A stretch of 44,630 nt of DNA, from NCBI GenBank assembly GCA_010024485.1, contig RGGX01000001.1, positions 1-44,630 of the forward strand. The letters are read 5' to 3'. The notes beneath the pieces are model-generated. The model did not search any database and had not been told where the DNA came from. It saw nothing but the letters and a program-made list of their open reading frames with translations. Position 1 is the stretch's first letter. Each line of letters starts with the position of its first letter. The stretch is from Actinomycetota bacterium. Its GTDB lineage: Bacteria > Actinomycetota > Acidimicrobiia > Acidimicrobiales > Ilumatobacteraceae. Of the stretch, positions 39,560-44,630 are shown in pieces. A program made the position numbers and the translations under genes.

Positions 39560-40965
39560 GAGAGGTCCTCCGGGAGGGCGAAGTGGCCGGCGACAGCGGT
39601 CGCTGCGGCCACGGCCGGTGAGACGAGATGGGTGCGGCCGCCACGTCCCTGACGTCCCTCGAAGTTCCGGTTGCTCGTGCTGGCCGAGCGCTCGCCGGGG
39701 GTGAGCTTGTCGGGGTTCATGGCGAGGCACATCGAGCATCCCGGTTCGCGCCAGTCGGCTCCGGCGGCGCGGAACACCTCGTGGAGCCCCTCGGCCTCGG
39801 CCTCGGCCTTCACCCGGTGGGATCCGGGGACGACCATGACCCGTGGGACGGTCACGGCGCGTCCGCGCATCACCTCGGCGGCGGCCCGCAGGTCCTCGAT
39901 GCGGCTGTTGGTGCACGAACCGATGAAGACGGTGTCGACCGAGATGTCGCGGATGGCGGTGCCGGGGGTGAGACCCATGTACTCGAGGGCGCGGCTCACC
40001 GTCTCCCGGGTGGTCGGGTCGGCGTAGTCCTCAGGGGAGGGGATGCGGTCGTCGATGGAGGCGACCTGGGCCGGGTTGGTCCCCCAGGTGACCTGCGGGT
40101 GGATGTCCGCGGCGTCGATGACGACCTCGGTGTCCCATTCGGCCCCCTCGTCGGTGACCAGGGTGGACCAGTCGGCGACGGCCGCGTCCCAGTCGGCGCC
40201 GGTCGGGGCGTGATCGCGTCCGCGGAGGTAGTCGAAGGTGGTCTGGTCGGGGGCGACGAGTCCGGCCCGGGCGCCCGCCTCGATCGACATGTTGCAGACG
40301 GTCATCCGGCCCTCCATGGAGAGGGAGCGGATCGCCGAGCCCCGGTACTCGATGACGTGACCGATACCGCCTCCGGTGCCGATACGTCCGATGATGGCGA
40401 GCACCACGTCCTTGGCGGTGACCCCGGGCCGGAGCTCCCCGTCGACGGTGACCGACATCCATCGGGGCCGTGACTGGGGGAGGGTCTGGGTGGCGAGCAC
40501 GTGCTCGACCTCGCTGGTGCCGATGCCGAAGGCGAGAGCCCCGAAGGCTCCGTGGGTGGCGGTGTGGCTGTCGCCGCAGACGATGGTCATGCCGGGCAGG
40601 GTGCGTCCCTGCTCGGGGCCGATGACGTGCACGATGCCCTGGCCGGCATCGCCCATCGGGTAGTGGGTGATGCCGAACTCGGCGGCGTTGTGGCGCAGGG
40701 TGTCGACCTGCTTGGCGGAGATCTCGTCGGCGATCGGCTGGTCGATGTCGGCGGTGGGGACGTTGTGGTCCTCGGTGGCGACGGTGAGTTCGGGACGTCG
40801 GACGGTCCGGCCGCTGAGCCGCAGACCTTCAAAGGCCTGGGGGCTCGTCACCTCGTGCACGAGGTGGAGATCGATGTAGACGAGATCGGGCTCACCCGGG
40901 GTGGAGGCCACGAGGTGTCGGTCCCAGACCTTCTCGGGGAGTGTCTTCGGTCTCGTGTCAGCCAT
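39556..40965 (-). CDS. leuC: 3-isopropylmalate dehydratase large subunit
   Basis: 469-aa ORF of the aconitase family, with the motifs GDSHT and GSCTNSR plus a third cluster Cys ([10 protein letters not shown]). Confidence 0.95.
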   Translation of the reverse strand: MADTRPKTLPEKVWDRHLVASTPGEPDLVYIDLHLVHEVTSPQAFEGLRLSGRTVRRPELTVATEDHNVPTADIDQPIADEISAKQVDTLRHNAAEFGITHYPMGDAGQGIVHVIGPEQGRTLPGMTIVCGDSHTATHGAFGALAFGIGTSEVEHVLATQTLPQSRPRWMSVTVDGELRPGVTAKDVVLAIIGRIGTGGGIGHVIEYRGSAIRSLSMEGRMTVCNMSIEAGARAGLVAPDQTTFDYLRGRDHAPTGADWDAAVADWSTLVTDEGAEWDTEVVIDAADIHPQVTWGTNPAQVASIDDRIPSPEDYADPTTRETVSRALEYMGLTPGTAIRDISVDTVFIGSCTNSRIEDLRAAAEVMRGRAVTVPRVMVVPGSHRVKAEAEAEGLHEVFRAAGADWREPGCSMCLAMNPDKLTPGERSASTSNRNFEGRQGRGGRTHLVSPAVAAATAVAGHFALPEDLS

Positions 40966-41046
40966 GGATGCTCGCTCTCTCGAACTCTCTGCGCGGTGGT
41001 CGGAGGCGTCGAAGCGTACCGGCGGTGATCACGGCCGACCCGGCGT

Positions 41047-41952
41047 TCACCAGACGCCGAGCAGTTCGATGATCGCGATGAGGTCGCGGCCGGCGGGAAG
41101 GCCGAGACCGGGTTCGCCGTCGGGTCCGAAGGCGAGATCGGGTGGCATGGTGACCGCCCGGGTGCCGCCGACGGTCATGCCGGTGAGGGCCTGTTGGAGC
41201 CCGGGCAGGGTATAGCCGTCCTCGAGGAGGATCTCGAGCGGTTCTCCGCGGTCCCAGGTGTTGAAGAGGGTCACGAGGTTGTCCCCGCGTACCAGCAGGA
41301 GGTGGGCGAGGGCGGTGTCACCGGTGTCTGCCGTCCGGCCCTCACCGGTGACCAGATCGTCGATGGTGAGCTCGAGGGCGCCGTCGGAGGCGGTGATGTC
41401 GGCGTCGACGGGGGCATCGGAGGCGACCGAGGGCGGCACGACCGCGTGGATGTCGACGATGAAGGTGAGGGCGTCGCCAGCCTTGATCGGCTCGCCGGGA
41501 GGGTTGTCGCCGTAGGCGAGGTCGGCGGGGATGTCGAGTCGAAGCTTCGAGCCGGGGGTCGCCCCGAGGAGTCCGGTGTCCCATCCCTGGATCACCTGGC
41601 CGGCGCCGACGGTGAAGCTGAGCGCCTGGCCCCGGGCGATGCTGGTGTCGAACAGGTCGCCGGTGAGGGTGATGACGCCGACGTAGTCGACCCAGACGGT
41701 GTCACCGGCCTGGGCGGCGCGTCCGGCACCGGTCGACAGCTCGGTGATGATGAGCTCGGTCGGGGCCTCCGCGAGCGGTTCGACCTCGAGCGGGTTCTCG
41801 CCGATGGTGGTGGTCGGTGCCTCCTCGCCGACGGCGGAGAGTTCGACGTCGGTGATGTCGGCCGCGTCCGCGTCGTCGCCGTCGGAACCGGAGCAGCCCA
41901 CGAGCACCGCGACGGCGGTCAGTCCCGCGAGGAGCCGGGTGGTTCTCACCAT
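41047..41952 (-). CDS. FKBP-type peptidyl-prolyl isomerase lipoprotein with two FKBP domains
   Basis: It has a signal peptide with the lipobox LVGCSG. The first FKBP domain is canonical (VDYVGV...G..FD.S......F.VG.GQVI.GWD). The second is divergent. ATG 41952 is preferred over GTG 41961. Confidence 0.85.
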   Translation of the reverse strand: MVRTTRLLAGLTAVAVLVGCSGSDGDDADAADITDVELSAVGEEAPTTTIGENPLEVEPLAEAPTELIITELSTGAGRAAQAGDTVWVDYVGVITLTGDLFDTSIARGQALSFTVGAGQVIQGWDTGLLGATPGSKLRLDIPADLAYGDNPPGEPIKAGDALTFIVDIHAVVPPSVASDAPVDADITASDGALELTIDDLVTGEGRTADTGDTALAHLLLVRGDNLVTLFNTWDRGEPLEILLEDGYTLPGLQQALTGMTVGGTRAVTMPPDLAFGPDGEPGLGLPAGRDLIAIIELLGVW

Positions 41953-41971
41953 GGCGAACACCGGGGGGACG

Positions 41972-43363
41972 CTAGCGGGACGCGATCTGTCGCCCGTCCA
42001 GCCACTCGGCCTCGTCCTGTCCGAGGGGTGTCGAGGGAGCGCTTCCCATGAAGGGCCAGAGCTCCTCGGCGATCCGCCGGTAGTTGCCTCGGGCGCCGAG
42101 CTCGCCGAGCAGGGCGTAGAGGCCGAGGTTGATGCGCTGGATGAACACGAAGGCGCGCGGAACCGTCGCGTACTGCGAGATCGGGCTCGAGCGGTCGAAG
42201 GTGTGACGGACGATGCTCGACGCGTAGGCGGGGGTCCAAGTCATCTCGCGGTCGGTGGAGACCGGTTCGTAGAAGTGTGAGAAGTAGTCGCCGACCTCGT
42301 CGGTGTCGACGGGGGCGTCGCCGAGGAGCATGCCGGCCTCCTCGAGCACGCTCCGGAACCCGGGAACGTCGTGCTCGACGGCCGCGAGTCGCACCATGGT
42401 CTCGAAGGTCTCCATCTCGGTCGGGTCGAACTCCTTCACGAGACCGAAGTCGAGGAAGGTGACCCGTCCGTCCCCGTGGAACAGGTAGTTGCCGGGATGC
42501 GGATCCCCGTTGAAGGCGCGCATGGTGTAGAGGCTCCGGAAGATGAAGCGGAAGATGGTCTCGGCGGCGCGGTCGCGCTCGGTCTGGTCCCAGGTGAGCA
42601 GTTCCGCCCAGGTGTGGCCGTCGACGAGTTCGGTCGTGAGCACCCGCGCGGTGGAGAGGTGGTCGACGACCTCGGGCACGTGGATGCGGGGGTGACCCCG
42701 GTAGAACTCGGCGAAGCGCCGCTGGTTGTCGGCCTCTCGCCGGTAGTCGAGTTCCTCGGTGAGACGCTCCTTGATCTCGGACACCATCTCGGCGGGGTCC
42801 AGCCCGCCGAATCCCTGGCGCAGGACCGTGCCCAACAGGTCGGCGTTCCGGAGGTCGGCTGAGATGGCCTCGTCGACCCCGGGGTACTGCACCTTGACGG
42901 CGACGGCGCGCTCCTGGCCGGTGCCCGGGTCGACGATGACCGCGCGGTGGACCTGCCCGATGGAGGCGGCGGCGATGGGTTCGGGGTCCCACTCGGTGAA
43001 CACCTGGGCCGGAGGCGCGCCGAGTTCGCTCTCGATGACCGACTCGGCGAGCTCGGGCGACATGGGCGGGGCGTTCGACTGGAGCTGCGCGAGGGCGAGT
43101 CGGAGCGGCTCGGGGAGGCCCTCGTCGAGGTAGCTCGCCATCTGGCCGAGCTTCATGAGGGCGCCCTTCATCCGACCGAGCTCGTCGGCCACCTGCTGGG
43201 CGGTGGAGAGACGTCGCCGCTCGTCGAGTTCGATGCGCCGCTCGGTCGAGGCGAACACCTTCCGCGCGGCGGTGCCCGCGTAGGTGCCGCCGACGCGGGC
43301 GCCGAGGCGCGCCACTCGGGCGGAGCGCCCCATCCAGGACCGGGAGAGATCGGTTCGGGCCAT
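41972..43363 (-). CDS. ABC1/UbiB (AarF) atypical kinase family protein
   Basis: 463-aa ORF with ABC1 motifs (KLGQMAS, AAASIGQVHRA, GDPHPGN). It starts 1 nt after the hydrolase stop. Confidence 0.88.
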   Translation of the reverse strand: MARTDLSRSWMGRSARVARLGARVGGTYAGTAARKVFASTERRIELDERRRLSTAQQVADELGRMKGALMKLGQMASYLDEGLPEPLRLALAQLQSNAPPMSPELAESVIESELGAPPAQVFTEWDPEPIAAASIGQVHRAVIVDPGTGQERAVAVKVQYPGVDEAISADLRNADLLGTVLRQGFGGLDPAEMVSEIKERLTEELDYRREADNQRRFAEFYRGHPRIHVPEVVDHLSTARVLTTELVDGHTWAELLTWDQTERDRAAETIFRFIFRSLYTMRAFNGDPHPGNYLFHGDGRVTFLDFGLVKEFDPTEMETFETMVRLAAVEHDVPGFRSVLEEAGMLLGDAPVDTDEVGDYFSHFYEPVSTDREMTWTPAYASSIVRHTFDRSSPISQYATVPRAFVFIQRINLGLYALLGELGARGNYRRIAEELWPFMGSAPSTPLGQDEAEWLDGRQIASR

Positions 43364-43364
43364 G

Positions 43365-44270
43365 TCAGCCGGCGCTCACGATGCGGGAGGTGACCGAACC
43401 GATCGCGCGGATGAGGGTGGGGACGAACCGGTCCGCGTTGGCGACCACGGCGTCGTGCTCGCCGTCGACGCGGAAGGCCTCGGCACCGGGGATCTCGTCG
43501 AAGAGGCGGACCTGTCGCCGGAGCGGGACGACCGGGTCCCTCATGGTGACGACGACGGAGGTGGGGACGTCGATCTCGCCGAGCCAGTCGGTGGAGGAGA
43601 AGTTGCCGAGGGCCCGACCGGCCTCGAGGACCATCCGCCAGTCGTGTCGGGCGGCCTGAGCGACCGCCCACGGCCCCCAGGTCTCGGTCTTGCGGCGTAG
43701 GTACACCTGGTCGGAGATGCGGTCGCGGGCCTGGGTGGGGGTGACGCGCGCGAGGGCGGCGAGTCCGGTGAGTCCGAGGAACGACAGTCGTTCGTCGCGC
43801 CGTTCGGCGAAGTGCGGGGCGGTGGCGGCGAGAACGAGTCCGTCGACACGGTCCCGGTGTCGGCGCCAGGTGAGTTGGGCGATGGTTCCGCCCATCGAGT
43901 AGCCGACGGGGATGAAGGTGTCGATACCGAGGGCATCGGCGACGCGGGCGACGTCGTCGGCGCAGTCCTCGAGGCGGACGACGCGGCGGGTGCGGAGTCC
44001 GCTCCCATGTCCGCGCTGGTCGAAGGCGATGACGCGGACGTGTTCTCCGAGCGCTCGGTAGCAGGTGAAGAAGTTGATGTCGGCGCTGGCTGTCCAGCCG
44101 TGGATGAGGATGACGGCGGGAGCGCCCTCGGGGCCGGGGACCTCGCGGACGTCGACCTCGCCGAGGCCGGCCAGTTCGACCGGGGTGGCCGGGGGCAGTT
44201 CGGGTGCCGGCGGCTCGCCGTCGACGGCGTCGTCGACGCTGCTGTCGGTGTCGTCGGCGGTGGTGCTCAC
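43365..44270 (-). CDS. alpha/beta hydrolase
   Basis: 301-aa ORF with HGWTAS (oxyanion region) and the nucleophile elbow GYSMGG. GGAG lies 4 nt upstream of the GTG. Confidence 0.8.
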   Translation of the reverse strand: MSTTADDTDSSVDDAVDGEPPAPELPPATPVELAGLGEVDVREVPGPEGAPAVILIHGWTASADINFFTCYRALGEHVRVIAFDQRGHGSGLRTRRVVRLEDCADDVARVADALGIDTFIPVGYSMGGTIAQLTWRRHRDRVDGLVLAATAPHFAERRDERLSFLGLTGLAALARVTPTQARDRISDQVYLRRKTETWGPWAVAQAARHDWRMVLEAGRALGNFSSTDWLGEIDVPTSVVVTMRDPVVPLRRQVRLFDEIPGAEAFRVDGEHDAVVANADRFVPTLIRAIGSVTSRIVSAG

Positions 44271-44283
44271 GTTGCTCCGGGGG

Positions 44284-44630
44284 TCAGATCTCCTCGATGG
44301 AGAGGATCTCGATGCGCAACCTCCCGTTGGGGGCCTCGTATTCCACGGTCTGACCGGCGGTGGCCTCGGCCTCGGCGAGCGCGGCGCCGAGCGGGGAGGT
44401 GGGCGTCATGACTTCGACGTCGTCGCGTCCGAGGGTGATGACCTCCTCGGGGTCGCCGACCACGTACTTCTCGGCGTCGTCGGGGGAATCACCCTTGTAG
44501 ACGATGGTGTAGACGCGCAGCGACTCGGTGATCTCAGCGTTCTCGAGGAGGTGCTCGAGCTGACGGATGCGACCCTCCATGTGCCCCTGCTTGTCCTTGG
44601 CGGCGTGATAGCCGGCGTTCTCGCGCAGGT
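44284..44630 (-). CDS. greA: transcription elongation factor GreA (5' end outside the window)
   Basis: The GreA C-terminal domain and part of the coiled coil (ENAGYHAAKDKQGHMEGRIRQLE) are present. The reading frame stays open to the window edge. Confidence 0.85.
   Translation of the reverse strand, partial: LRENAGYHAAKDKQGHMEGRIRQLEHLLENAEITESLRVYTIVYKGDSPDDAEKYVVGDPEEVITLGRDDVEVMTPTSPLGAALAEAEATAGQTVEYEAPNGRLRIEILSIEEI

Overview
This is a 44.6-kb chromosomal window from a very high-GC actinobacterium. In the housekeeping stretches I counted, about 90 % of codon third positions are G/C. The gene order atpD-atpC...murA and iscS-mnmA...ligA is the arrangement known from mycobacteria. I call about 47 protein-coding features, nearly all core metabolism. 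They include F1 ATPase beta and epsilon, glpX, murA, meaB, glgB with a divergent GT4 glucan-synthase-like gene, azlCD, galT, iscS, mnmA, ligA, serA, pyrF, leuA, leuCD, a DEAD-box helicase and a partial greA. I found no rRNA, tRNA, CRISPR array, transposase, integrase or recognisable defence gene. The very long extra ORFs in the track are antisense shadows typical of high-GC DNA. Six things stand out. (1) A GC-depressed ~0.8-kb orphan island (18391-19190) lies between galT and a methyltransferase. It holds two mutually antisense unrecognisable ORFs, a 16-bp hairpin and several inverted repeats, and the methyltransferase reading frame runs into it. (2) A membrane PASTA-domain Ser/Thr kinase homologue has its catalytic Lys, Asp and Asn all substituted, so it is a predicted pseudokinase. 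(3) A TANNNT hexamer sits 6-8 nt upstream of at least 15 start codons. This implies widespread leaderless transcription and includes back-to-back overlapping -10 boxes in 21-37 bp divergent gaps. (4) A Leu-rich leader peptide (MRLLPLLGLLT) with hairpins and a U-tract lies upstream of leuA. (5) There is a GNAT, OSBS/NSAR racemase and SCP2 cluster. (6) An AbiEi-like remnant overlaps meaB. I cannot show that any of these is a new system. The island and the pseudokinase module are the best candidates for follow-up.
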